Shown: one piece after another, positions 40,901 to 50,429 of the stretch
Layout of the letters: each line of letters opens with the position of its first letter
How positions within the stretch are numbered: the first letter of the stretch is position 1
Source of the DNA: Candidatus Eiseniibacteriota bacterium
GTDB lineage: Bacteria; Eisenbacteria; RBG-16-71-46
Assembly (NCBI GenBank): GCA_963707915.1
Contig: OY970178.1
Span: 2,048,001-2,112,000, forward strand
Length of the DNA: 64,000 nt
Reading direction: 5' to 3'
The notes under the pieces: model-generated
What the model was told of the DNA's origin: nothing
Database searches by the model: none
The model's input: only the letters and a program-made list of their open reading frames with translations
Position numbers and translations under genes: made by a program

Positions 40901-42546
40901 CAGATACCCGGGCTTGCTGAAGCGCAGGGTCAACGGCGCACCGCCATTGACTACCAGGTCGAACTGGCCGTCGGCTCTGGTCGCCGTGTATCCGAATTCG
41001 TCGTGGCCAAGGACTCTCACTGTGACGTTTGGGAGCGCACCGAAGTCCCGCGCCGTGACACGCCCGCGAACAACGGCCGCCACCTCCGGCCTCAGGCTGT
41101 CTGGCACGACATCGTACTGTTGCTGAGATCCGTTCTCACCCGTGAACAGGAAGCTCACCTGGTCCAGAAACGGCGTGGTCGTGGTTGCGTTCAGGGGTGA
41201 GGGTGTGACCGTGGAGTCCGGCGGCGCACCCTCTCCGACCAGCGTGCGGAACACGTAGCGCTTGAAGCTCGTCGTGTGGCCCAGCGCATCGGTCGCGCGG
41301 AAGAAGATACCGTTGGGACCGACGTCCAAGTCCAGCGTGTCGACAAAGGTCCCAGCGGTCCCCACCGCGACCGGCTCGCCGTCCACTTCGACCACGGTGT
41401 GGGTGATGTCGCTCCACGACCCCGAGACGATCCAGAGACTATCGGTGGTCGGCGAGGTGGCCTCAGGCACGGTGAGCGTCGGAGCATGCGTGTCCCGAAT
41501 CACGGTGCGCACAAGCTCGGTCGAGTACCCCGCGCGGTTCGCGGCATGAACGGTCACCGTGTGGGCGCCCTCGGAAGACAGCGCCAGCGAGTCGGCGAAG
41601 TAGGTGGTGACCGTATCGCTCGTCACGTGCGCGGTCAGCGAGTTCACCTGCACCGTGCCGGGCGTCTCGTCGCTCACGCTGCCGCTGATCGTCACGCGGC
41701 TCGAGTCCACGAGCAGCGTATCCGTAGCCGGACGCAGCAGCGCGAGCCGGGGCGCAGTACTGTCGGTCGCCGTGACTTCGACCTGCGCGCGGGCATCCGT
41801 GCTGCCTGCCAGCGAGAGCGAATAGTCGTTGAGCGAGTCGAGTGCGACCCGCCGCGTGAGCCGGGCCGTGCCCGACCCGAACTCACTGCTGCTGATCACC
41901 TCGTCGCCGTTCAGGCCGAGGATGCCGCCGGTCACACGGTGGGTGCCATCGGGGTCGCCGTTGGTCAGGATCAGGGTGTAGGGGCCCCTCGCGCTGTCCG
42001 ACTTGGTGAACTCCCCGTCGAACTCCTGCCAGCCCGCCGGGGTGGAAGCCCGCGTGTGCGTGGCAGGCCCGTGGATCCGGTACGACGACGGGTCCGGTAT
42101 GCTCACCAGGTCCAGGCGGATGTGGCTGCCGGTTGACCCCTTCTTGACCCCCACGGTGAGTGCGTTGCTCTCCAGCGGCTCGGCCCTCTTCACCGCATAG
42201 GCCACCGTGCTGGTCACGTCCGCGGCGTTCATCAACTCCTGGTCGTTGAGGCAGAGGCTCACCTGAGCAACGCGATGGGTGCCGTTGGGGTCCCCGTTGG
42301 TGATGCGGAACTCGTACCGGCGGGAGACGTCGTAGTTGCTGAGGTCGAACGAGGTGTCCTTGACAGTCCAAGTCGGACTGCCACAAGTGAACTGACCCGG
42401 CCCGAACACCACGGTCGTCTCCGGCGGACTGCTGCTCAGACTCGTCACCCGCACCCCACCTCGCGGCAACGGCGTGCTCCCGGCCACCAGCACCAACCCC
42501 AGGAGCCCGAGCAGAACAGCCAGCGCGCGCTGCCTCCTGGCCACGT

Positions 42547-44691
42547 TCACTGGAGCACCACCACTCGGTCGGTGCGCGTCACGCGCCCCTGACCCAGGCG
42601 GATGAAGTACATCCCACTACGGAGGTGCCCGGGCAGCCTCAGTCGCACCTCATGGTCTCCGGCCCCCAGATCACCGAACTCCCGTGACAGCACCCTTCGA
42701 CCCGCGACGTCGAACAACTCGAACCGCGCCGGCTCGTTGGTCTCCAAGGTCAACGCCACGCGCACCACACGGCCGCGTTCCTCGCTGCGTGCGAACCGCA
42801 GCGCTAGCGGCTTGGGCAACGGGATCTTCACGTCCACCGTGGCGAACTGGATCTCCTGCTGTTCGTCACCGACCTTGACACTCAGCCCGTACTGGGCTGC
42901 GCTTCCAACCGGCACCGTGCGGTCCTCGGCGACTAGCAGCCCGTCGGCCGCGGCTTGAAGCGCGCTCAGCGACTGCCACGCTCCATCCCCCAGGCGCCGC
43001 TGGAACAAGAACACGCGCTTGTCCGCCGTGCTGGTGCGCCAGGTGAGCTTCGCCCGCCCCGGGCCCACCTCCACGGCCTCGAGCTTGGGGACCGGCCCGG
43101 TGCGCGGCGCCTGCAGGGCCAGGAACCCCGCCAGCGCCTCGACCCGGCCGTCCACCCAGGTGGCCAGCGCGCCCCCGGCGCCGTCAGGGGCCAGCCTCAC
43201 CGCGTACTGATCGCCACCCGCCACGCAGAGCGCCACGCCGTCGTCGGCCCACTGCGGCACCCCGGCACCGGTGATCCGCCGGGCATAGATATCGCTGTTG
43301 CCGTTGCGGCGGTCCTCCCAGGCGACGATCGCCCCGCCCACGCTATCGCTGACAAGGGCGGGCATCGCCGGGGCACCGCTCGGCCCGCAGAGCTGCACGC
43401 CGCTCGTGGGCCACTCCACGTGCCCTGCGCCGCTCAACCGCTGGGCACGGATCCCGGTCGAGTCGGCCCAGGCCACGATCGCCCCGTGCGCACCGTCACC
43501 CACCGCTACGGTCTGCCGCATCCGGCCCCGAGTGGTCGAAAGCCTGACTCCGGCAGAGGGCCAGCCGGTTGCCGGCCGGCCGTTGGCACTCAAGCGCAGG
43601 GCTGAGATCCCGGGGAGCGTATCGCGCCGGCTCCCCCAGACCAGAATCGCCCCACCCTCCCCATCGCTCGTCAATGTCGGATTCGTTGGGTCCTCGCCGC
43701 TCGTGACCAGCGTGTCGCCGCCTGCCGCCGCTCCCGCAGCGAGTTCGCCCTGCGGGGTGAGGTGCTGCACATACAGGTCCGCGACCCCACGGCGGCGGTC
43801 CCGCCAAACAATCAGCGCCCCGCCTTCGCCATCGGACACCACGGCGGGGGAACTCTGGTCGGCTGGGTGGTCGCACACCGGCACCCCATCCACACCCCAC
43901 GCGGGCTCACCGGCGCTGGTCAGGCGTTGAGCGAAGATGTCCCCGGACGCGCCGGAGCGGAAGTCCGTCCACGCCACGATCACGCCACCGGCACCGTCAC
44001 TGGCGAGTGCCACCCCGTACTGCGAACCGCGGGCGACGCAGACCGGGACACCATCGGTGGACCAACCCGGCCAGAGCGAGTCTGCGGCGGCGAAGTGCTG
44101 GGCGTAGAGGTCGCCCTCCTCCATCCGGTTGTCCACCCAGACCACGATGCCACCGCCCAGCCCGTCACGAATCATGCTCGCCGCCACGCCCTGCGCGCTG
44201 CCGAGGCAGAGCCGCGACTGCAGCAGGCTGGTGTCCGGCGCGATCGTGCCATCTGCGCCCACGTGCTGGGCCTGGATCGCCAGGGAAAGCCCGCTGCGGA
44301 AGTCGGTGCAGGTGGTGCACACGCCGGGCAGGGAATCCGGCCCTGACTCCCCGCCCGCGACAATGCCCCCGCCAGGCTGCGGGGCCCCGGGCCGTACCGT
44401 GCTCGCCACTGGCGGCGTCGCCTCGCCGGGGAAGACCTGGTCGGCACCGCCCACCTCGTGCCAGCGGCCTGACCCCGGAGTTGCTCTAGGAGGCACCTGA
44501 GTGCCGCGCGCTCCGGGCTGGGGTTGATCTACCCACGGCCCACGATCGCCCGGCGCGCCGGGCGCTGGCCGCGTGGGCTGCGGGGCTTCGTTTGGCGGAG
44601 TTGGAGCCTGCGGGGCCTTGCTGCGAAGAGTCGGGGTCCAAGCAATGCAGGCAAGGGACAGGAGCAGCATCAAACCGCGGCCAGGCCCCAT
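42547..44691 (-). CDS. Secreted DGxGG-repeat protein with C-terminal FlgD/T9SS-type-A-like sorting domain
   Basis: Signal peptide, Pro-rich linker, repeats such as SDGAGGVIVAWTD, and C-terminus FDVAGRRV...SGMYFIRLGQG. Its stop overlaps the toxin GTG. Confidence 0.78.
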   Translation of the reverse strand: MGPGRGLMLLLSLACIAWTPTLRSKAPQAPTPPNEAPQPTRPAPGAPGDRGPWVDQPQPGARGTQVPPRATPGSGRWHEVGGADQVFPGEATPPVASTVRPGAPQPGGGIVAGGESGPDSLPGVCTTCTDFRSGLSLAIQAQHVGADGTIAPDTSLLQSRLCLGSAQGVAASMIRDGLGGGIVVWVDNRMEEGDLYAQHFAAADSLWPGWSTDGVPVCVARGSQYGVALASDGAGGVIVAWTDFRSGASGDIFAQRLTSAGEPAWGVDGVPVCDHPADQSSPAVVSDGEGGALIVWRDRRRGVADLYVQHLTPQGELAAGAAAGGDTLVTSGEDPTNPTLTSDGEGGAILVWGSRRDTLPGISALRLSANGRPATGWPSAGVRLSTTRGRMRQTVAVGDGAHGAIVAWADSTGIRAQRLSGAGHVEWPTSGVQLCGPSGAPAMPALVSDSVGGAIVAWEDRRNGNSDIYARRITGAGVPQWADDGVALCVAGGDQYAVRLAPDGAGGALATWVDGRVEALAGFLALQAPRTGPVPKLEAVEVGPGRAKLTWRTSTADKRVFLFQRRLGDGAWQSLSALQAAADGLLVAEDRTVPVGSAAQYGLSVKVGDEQQEIQFATVDVKIPLPKPLALRFARSEERGRVVRVALTLETNEPARFELFDVAGRRVLSREFGDLGAGDHEVRLRLPGHLRSGMYFIRLGQGRVTRTDRVVVLQ

Positions 44692-44778
44692 GGTGGACTC
44701 TCCAGTCTGTGCGAGGCTGAATGAGAGAAGCGCGCTCCTCTCTGCCAGAGGAGACACATGCGACGCTTTGTAGGGTGC

Positions 44779-45200
44779 GTGCGTGATACCGTTTCGCTGA
44801 CTGCCTGAAACACGCGGTCGCGCGCCGCGCCCATTGTGCCGGTACTCAATCACCCGGCGAAACCGCGAGTCAACGGAGTTCACAGGTTCGATCCCGGCGG
44901 ACGGGCGGGTTTCGCCGACGGGGAGAATCGGCGACAATGGGGCCGCATGATGTCGCCCTGGCCCGCGCGGTGGAGCCGTCGCGCTTCACCGGACCGCTTC
45001 GCGCAACCACCGGAGAGCCGCATGAGCCTCAGCCGCTGGTCCGTAGCCGCACTCGCGATCGCGCTCGTCTGCCCCTTCCCCGCCATGGCCGCTGACGCCG
45101 GCGCGCTCGACTCCCTGGTCGCCGCCGAGCGCGCCTTCGCCCGGGCGTCGATCGAGAAGGGGGTGCGCGACGCGTTCCTCGAGTTCCTCGCCGAGGACGG
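44779..45200 (+). repeat. Right copy of the direct repeat
   Basis: Matches 33261-33683. Confidence 0.93.
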
Positions 45201-45906
45201 CGTCATCTTCCGTCCGCTGGCGGTCAACGGCCGGCAGGCCTGGGAATCGCGCGGCCCGGTCGCCGCTGCGCTGGTGTGGGAACCGGCCTTCGCGGAGGTC
45301 TCCGCGGCGGGGGACCTCGGCTACACGACAGGACCATGGGAGTGGCGGCCGAACGATTCGCAGCGCCCCACCGGATACGGGCACTTCGTTTCGGTCTGGC
45401 AGCAGCAGGCGGACGGGGCCTGGCGCGTGGCGGTGGACATCGGCATCGCCCACGGACCGCCGGCCCGCGGCCCGGGGAACGTGGAGCTCACGCCGGGCCC
45501 GCTCCACCGGGCGGTGCGGCGCACCGGGCCGCCGACCGACCTCGCGGCGCTCGACCTGGCCTGGACCCGCGACGCGCGCGCCCGGGGCTCGGCGGCGGCC
45601 TTCGCGCGCCGGGCCGCGCCGGACGTGCGCTATTGCCGCGACCTCCTCCCGCCGATCCTGGGACTGCCCGGCGGGCGCGAGACGCTGCGGGCCATCCCGG
45701 GCGTGACGCTCTGGTACCCGCAGGCGCAGCGGCTCGCGCGCTCCGACGACCTGGGCTGCACCTACGGGATCCTCGAGCGCCGCCGGATGGGCGGTGTCGC
45801 GCCCGACTCGAGCGTCTACCTGCACGTCTGGCGCCGCGACGGCGCCGGCCGGTGGAAGGTCGCCCTCGCGCTCGAGAGCCCGCTGCCCCAGGCGCGCGGC
45901 AAGTAG
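45022..45906 (+). CDS. Secreted tandem NTF2-like/DUF4440 protein
   Basis: Signal peptide, two copies of the LxWxP..DLGxTxG..VW..GxWxV pattern. Confidence 0.8.
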   Translation: MSLSRWSVAALAIALVCPFPAMAADAGALDSLVAAERAFARASIEKGVRDAFLEFLAEDGVIFRPLAVNGRQAWESRGPVAAALVWEPAFAEVSAAGDLGYTTGPWEWRPNDSQRPTGYGHFVSVWQQQADGAWRVAVDIGIAHGPPARGPGNVELTPGPLHRAVRRTGPPTDLAALDLAWTRDARARGSAAAFARRAAPDVRYCRDLLPPILGLPGGRETLRAIPGVTLWYPQAQRLARSDDLGCTYGILERRRMGGVAPDSSVYLHVWRRDGAGRWKVALALESPLPQARGK

Positions 45907-45937
45907 CGGCGCGCCGGGGGGGGCGTGGCGCCGCGCC

Positions 45938-45973
45938 AGGAGCCTGTCCGAGCGGCTACCCGGACAGGCTCCT
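45938..45973. terminator. Hairpin between convergent genes
   Basis: AGGAGCCTGTCCG-10 nt-CGGACAGGCTCCT, a perfect 13-bp stem. Confidence 0.55.
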
Positions 45974-46541
45974 AGCCCGCGGCCTTCCGCTTCACGTCCC
46001 GGAACAGCGCGCTCATGTGCTTCCAGGCGAAGCGGGCTTCGCGGCGGCCGAGCCGCGCGAGCGGGATCCACTCCGCGCTGGCCGCGTCGTCGGCGGCGCG
46101 GGGCACGCCCGTGCGCCAGCGGCCGAGGAAGTAGGAGTTCAGGGTCGGGATCCAGCCGAAGCCCCTCAGGAAGTAGCGGTCCCAGTAGGTGCCGAGCAGC
46201 TCGACGCGCCCCAGCGTGAGCCCGGTCTCCTCACGCAACTCGCGCCGCGCGGCGCCTTCGACGCTCTCGCCGGCCTCCATGAATCCGCCCGGCACGTCGA
46301 GGCGCCCCCGGCGCGGCAGGTGCGCGCGGCGCAGGACCAGCACGGCGTCGCCCTTGAGCACGACCAGGCCCGCGCACGAGCGCGGGTAGTCGTAGATCAG
46401 GAACCCGCAGCGCGCGCAGGCGATCCGGCGCGGGCGCTCGCCCGAGGTGCGGCGCAGGGGGCGTCCGCAGCGCGCGCAGGGAAAGGTCGGCCCGGATCCC
46501 CGCGGGACGGCCCGGCCGCGCTTCGCGGTCGCGGCACTCAC
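45972..46541 (-). CDS. Zinc-ribbon NUDIX hydrolase
   Basis: CARCG..CARCG, then PGGFMEAGESVEGAARRELREETGL. Confidence 0.87.
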   Translation of the reverse strand: MSAATAKRGRAVPRGSGPTFPCARCGRPLRRTSGERPRRIACARCGFLIYDYPRSCAGLVVLKGDAVLVLRRAHLPRRGRLDVPGGFMEAGESVEGAARRELREETGLTLGRVELLGTYWDRYFLRGFGWIPTLNSYFLGRWRTGVPRAADDAASAEWIPLARLGRREARFAWKHMSALFRDVKRKAAG

Positions 46542-47374
46542 GGCGCGCTCACCGTGATGACCGCCGGCAGCTCCACCGGCGGCGGCGGCGCGTCCCGCGC
46601 GGCGCGGCCGTGCTCCCACTGGCCGAAGCTCGCGTAGCGGAAGCGCGGAGCGCTCACCACCATCTCGGCCTCCAGCCCGCCGTCCATGGCCATGGCATGG
46701 GACAACTCGAGCGGCAGGCCCTTCAGCAGCAGGGCGAAGTCCCAGAGCGTGTAGCCGCCCTCGCTGGTCAGGACGACGATCCGGCCACTGCGGTCTTCGG
46801 CCACCGCCGTGCGGGCCGCGACCTGGTCGCTGTGTCGCACGCGCACCTCGCCGCCGCGGTCGAAGAGCATGAACGACTGCGCGACCTCGGTCCAGGCCAG
46901 CGAGTCGGGGTCGAGCGGGTCGCGCGTCAGGTCCAGCACGCGGATGGCAGGCCCGCCGGTGCGGGGGCCCGCCACCAGCGCGGCCTTGTAGGTGGGGTGC
47001 GTTCGTCGCGAGATGACGCGGCCGCCGCTCGCCAGCAGGCCCATGTACGAGTAGTCGCCGTAGTACTGGCCGGCGTTGAACACCGCCAGCGCGGCGCTGC
47101 GGCGCTGCCACTCCAGGATGTCCAGCGGCCGCCGCTCGGGCTCGCGGGTGAAGTGCCGCACGCGGAGGCGGACGCGCGCCGGGTCCAGGCGCAGCACGGC
47201 CACGCCGGAAGAGCCGTACCGGCAGTAGGGCTCGCCGCGCACGGTCGCGAACTCGACGCCGGGCCGCAGCGCGTGCCAGTGCGGACCGGCGGCGCGCTGC
47301 GTGACCAGGAACGCCCCCACCACCACCGCGGCGAGCGCGCTCATCCGCGCGACGGGAAAGCGCGAGCGCATCAT
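46538..47374 (-). CDS. Phosphodiester glycosidase (NAGPA-like) family protein
   Basis: FNAGQY, QSFML, ARTAVA and AMAMDGG motifs. Confidence 0.75.
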   Translation of the reverse strand: MMRSRFPVARMSALAAVVVGAFLVTQRAAGPHWHALRPGVEFATVRGEPYCRYGSSGVAVLRLDPARVRLRVRHFTREPERRPLDILEWQRRSAALAVFNAGQYYGDYSYMGLLASGGRVISRRTHPTYKAALVAGPRTGGPAIRVLDLTRDPLDPDSLAWTEVAQSFMLFDRGGEVRVRHSDQVAARTAVAEDRSGRIVVLTSEGGYTLWDFALLLKGLPLELSHAMAMDGGLEAEMVVSAPRFRYASFGQWEHGRAARDAPPPPVELPAVITVSAP

Positions 47375-47505
47375 GGGGACAGTGTGACGGCCGCCCGCGG
47401 GCCCGTCAACGGAGCGGGGCGTCGGCGCCCGGGCGGGTTCCGGCGGCGGCGGTCATGGAGCGAACGACCGCGGGATGACCCGCGCCGCCGGCGCCCGCCC
47501 CGCGC

Positions 47506-48594
47506 TCACCCCCCCGAGGCGTACTTGCGCAGCGCCGCGCGCACCTGGAGCAGGTCGCCGACGTTGTCCAGCGTCACGAGCCCGACCAGGCGCCCCTGTT
47601 CGAGCACGGACACCACCGGGCACTCGCGGCCGCGCATCCGCGCCACCACGGCCTCGAGCGGCTCGTCGGCGTCGGCGCTGCACGGGTTGGGGCTCATGAC
47701 CTCCCCCACCGGCACATCCAGGCCGTGGCGCTGCAGCGCCGCGACCAGCCCGGACCGGGTCAGCACGCCGCACAGCATCGCGCCTTCCAGCACCGGGAAG
47801 TCCTGCTGGCTGCCGGTCATCAGGTACTCGACCGCGCGACGCAGCGGCTCGCGCACGTCCAGGTGCCGGAAGTCGGTGAGCATCGCGGCCCGCACCGGGA
47901 GCCCGGTGAGCGAGGTGCGGGTCTGCACCAGGGCGCGCTCCTCGCCCGCGGCGATGAAGACGAACAGCGCCACGAAGGGCAGCATCCACTGGTGGAAGTA
48001 GAAGAACCCGGCGACGCCGAGCAGCAGGGCCACGCCCTGGCCGACGGCCGAGGCGATCTTCGTCGCCCGCAGGTAGGGCAGGCGCAGCGCGAGCAGGGCC
48101 CGCAGCACGCGTCCGCCGTCCATCGGGAAGGCCGGGACGAGATTGAACAGCAGCATCAGCACGTTGACCACGAGCAGCGACTCGACCAGGCCGCTGCCGA
48201 AGTGCGCGAGGTCGGTCGACCACCCGGCGATCGTCATGAGGAGCACCAGCAGCGCCGCGATCACGACGTTCACCAGCGGGCCCGCGACCGCGACCAGCAT
48301 CTCCTGCAGGGGCTTCTCGGGCATCCGCTCGAGGCGCGCCACCCCGCCGATCGGCAGCAGCACGATGTCGCGCGTGGCGATGCCGAAGCGGCGCGCCGTC
48401 AGCGCGTGGCCCAGCTCGTGCAGGACCACGCAGCCGAACACCAGCAGCAGCAGCGCCACCGCCTCGCCTGCCCGCCGGACGTCCCCGGCCAGCAGGCCCT
48501 GGTTGACGGCGATCCAGCCGATGAACAGCAGGAAGGTGACGTGCAGTTCGACACGGATGCCGAACAGGCTGCCGATGTGGACGGACCAGCGCAT
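47506..48594 (-). CDS. Site-2 protease (M50) with CBS domains
   Basis: HELGH, AGPLVN and FNLVPAFPMDGG motifs plus a C-terminal CBS pair. Confidence 0.93.
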   Translation of the reverse strand: MRWSVHIGSLFGIRVELHVTFLLFIGWIAVNQGLLAGDVRRAGEAVALLLLVFGCVVLHELGHALTARRFGIATRDIVLLPIGGVARLERMPEKPLQEMLVAVAGPLVNVVIAALLVLLMTIAGWSTDLAHFGSGLVESLLVVNVLMLLFNLVPAFPMDGGRVLRALLALRLPYLRATKIASAVGQGVALLLGVAGFFYFHQWMLPFVALFVFIAAGEERALVQTRTSLTGLPVRAAMLTDFRHLDVREPLRRAVEYLMTGSQQDFPVLEGAMLCGVLTRSGLVAALQRHGLDVPVGEVMSPNPCSADADEPLEAVVARMRGRECPVVSVLEQGRLVGLVTLDNVGDLLQVRAALRKYASGG

Positions 48595-48663
48595 CGCTCT
48601 CCTCCGGGACGCCTCAGTCTCGCACAAGCCTCGCGCCCCCCGCCAACCGTGCCGCGCCGTGGC

Positions 48664-48793
48664 GGAGGCGACGGCGGTGGGGCGAGCGTTCGTTCACCCG
48701 GCCGCCCGCCTTGCGATGCGAAAGCGGTCGAGGGGATGGCTGGTGGGCGAGCGTGTGTTCACTTAGCCGTCCACCAGCCATCCCCTCGACCGC
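48664..48793. repeat. REP-like hairpin family B (loop GCGAGCGTGT..AC.TAGCCGT): one degenerate copy and one perfect-stem copy
   Basis: 48724-48793 has a perfect 23-bp stem and a 24-nt loop related to the units at 53422-53707. Confidence 0.75.
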
Positions 48794-48850
48794 GGGCAGA
48801 AGGCTCTTCTGCGCTGGCGACAGGAGTTCGAAGGTGCCAAGCCTGACGAA

Positions 48851-49369
48851 TCAGGCCGCGCGTTCGTCCTCGGGGGACTCGTCGTCGCCCGGCTCCCCGC
48901 CGATGCGGAAGTCCTCGGTGGGGACGTCCTCGCCCGCGTCGAAGAACGACGTCAGGGCCGCGAGGTCGCGCTGTGCGTCGGTGTAGCCCGGGTTGATCCA
49001 CAGCGCGTGCCAGAGCAGCCGCAGGGCCATCTCGAGGCTGCCGACCTCGACGCACGCCGAGCCCGCCCGGTACCACAGCACCGGGTCGTGCGGCGAGCAC
49101 GACAGCCCGCGCAGGGCGTACGAGAGCGCCTCCCGCTCCTCGCCCTCCCGCAGGGCGATCTCCGCCGCCTCGGCGAAGGCGCGCGCGGCCTCGGCATTGG
49201 GTGCCGGATCGAGCCCGGGGATGAGCAGCTCGAGCTCGCCCATCACCAGCTTCAGGGTGTGGGTCACGTAGGGCTCGAGGCCCACGGACTTGTGCGTGAG
49301 CACGCGGTCCGCCAGGTGGGCCAGCGCACGTGTCACGTCGTTCAGCGTCGGTCGCGGGGAATCGGGCAC
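48851..49369 (-). CDS. TPR-containing protein with acidic tail
   Basis: TPR-like helices (..SPHDPVLWYRAG..ALWINPGY); GTG start with AGGAG RBS. Confidence 0.7.
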   Translation of the reverse strand: MPDSPRPTLNDVTRALAHLADRVLTHKSVGLEPYVTHTLKLVMGELELLIPGLDPAPNAEAARAFAEAAEIALREGEEREALSYALRGLSCSPHDPVLWYRAGSACVEVGSLEMALRLLWHALWINPGYTDAQRDLAALTSFFDAGEDVPTEDFRIGGEPGDDESPEDERAA

Positions 49370-49484
49370 GGCAGGTCTCCTGGGGACCGGAGTCGCGCCT
49401 GCCGCTCGTTGGTCGTCGCTGGACCCACCCTTCGATGGGCACCCAGCAGGGCGCAGGCGCGGAAGACTCACGGTCCTGCACTCG

Positions 49485-49511
49485 TTATCGGCACAATCGC
49501 GGAGGACTTGA
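49485..49511 (-). promoter_or_regulatory. Sigma-28 (FliA/WhiG)-like promoter TCAAG-N14-GCCGATAA upstream of the TPR gene
   Basis: Exact GCCGATAA -10 and TCAAG -35 at canonical spacing. Confidence 0.5.
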
Positions 49512-49541
49512 TGAAGTGGGGAAAAAGGCCGTGAAACGGCC

Positions 49542-50429
49542 TCAAAGCCTCGCGAAACGGGGCTCCGCGACCCGCAGGAACTGTTCCAGCAGGTTCCCCG
49601 CGACCCGCCGCCGGTACTCGCGGTCCGAGCGGATGTCGTCGATCGGCGCGATGTCCTCGAGCAGCGCCGCGCGCGCCGCGGCCGCGACCGCGACGCCGGG
49701 GCGGGCGCCGAGCAGCGCGCGCTCGGCCCGGGCGGCCCGCAGCGTGACGGGTGCGACGCTGCCGAGCGCCACCCGCGCGAGGTCCACGCGGCCGTCGCGT
49801 CCGACCCGCAGCAGGCCGGCGAGGACGACCTTGGAGATGCTCTGCGCGCGGCGCGTCCCCACCTTGCGGAAGAACTGCCGCGCGCGCGCGGGAGCCGGCG
49901 GCAGGCTCACGGCGGTGATCAGCTCGTCGGGCTCGAGCGCGAGGTCGCGGTAGCCGCGGAAGAGGCCGGTGAAGGGGACCTCGCGCGGGCCCCGCAGGGA
50001 GCGCGCATGCACCACGGCCTCGAGCGCCAGGAGCACGGGCAGCGAGTCGCCCGCCGGCGAGGCGTTGGCGATGTTGCCGCCCAGCGTCCCGCGGTTCTGG
50101 ATCTGCCAGGCGCCGACCTCCGCGGCCGCGGCCGCGAGCGCGGGATAGCGCCGCCGTACCTGCGCGTGTTCGCGGACCTCGCTGAAGGTGGTCAGCGCGC
50201 CGAGGACCAGCCGGCCACCCTGCCCGCGCACGCCCCGCAGCTCGCGCAGGCCACCCAGGTCGAGGAAGCGCACCCCGGGCACCACGCCCGAATTGAGCGT
50301 GACGAAGAGATCCGTGCCCCCGGCCAGCGGCACCAGCCGCCCGGTGCCGAGCGAGGCGTGCAGCAGCTTCAGCGCGTGGGCGAGGTCGCGCGGGCGGGCG
50401 ACCTCGAGCGTGGAGAGCGGCGCCCTCAT
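49542..50429 (-). CDS. Xanthine dehydrogenase/CoxM-family FAD subunit
   Basis: AGGTDL, QIQNRGTLGGNIANASPAGDS and PIDDIRS motifs. Confidence 0.92.
   Translation of the reverse strand: MRAPLSTLEVARPRDLAHALKLLHASLGTGRLVPLAGGTDLFVTLNSGVVPGVRFLDLGGLRELRGVRGQGGRLVLGALTTFSEVREHAQVRRRYPALAAAAAEVGAWQIQNRGTLGGNIANASPAGDSLPVLLALEAVVHARSLRGPREVPFTGLFRGYRDLALEPDELITAVSLPPAPARARQFFRKVGTRRAQSISKVVLAGLLRVGRDGRVDLARVALGSVAPVTLRAARAERALLGARPGVAVAAAARAALLEDIAPIDDIRSDREYRRRVAGNLLEQFLRVAEPRFARL

Larger units (their letters stand above)
34225..42550 (-). pseudogene. Teneurin-like YD/Rhs polymorphic toxin (~2367 aa when rejoined), interrupted by IS3
   Basis: Signal peptide, Ig-like repeats, GYTATRADGQFDLVVNGG, GLGGWTLSPHH, NHL repeats, YD repeats, and an Rhs core FGARDYDPGVGRWTCKDP...DPEG. 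Removing the IS and one GGGG copy rejoins QQQLSTP-IFEGMRR in frame. Confidence 0.9.
33684..44778. mobile_element. Lower-GC genomic island carrying a polymorphic toxin locus; no integrase visible
   Basis: Bounded by long direct repeats; codon usage and GC visibly differ from the flanks. Confidence 0.75.

Noticed and set aside
42547..44937. 796-aa version of the sorting-domain protein starting inside the direct repeat
   Set aside because: A better start with GGAG RBS and signal peptide is at 44691; the extension is repeat sequence.
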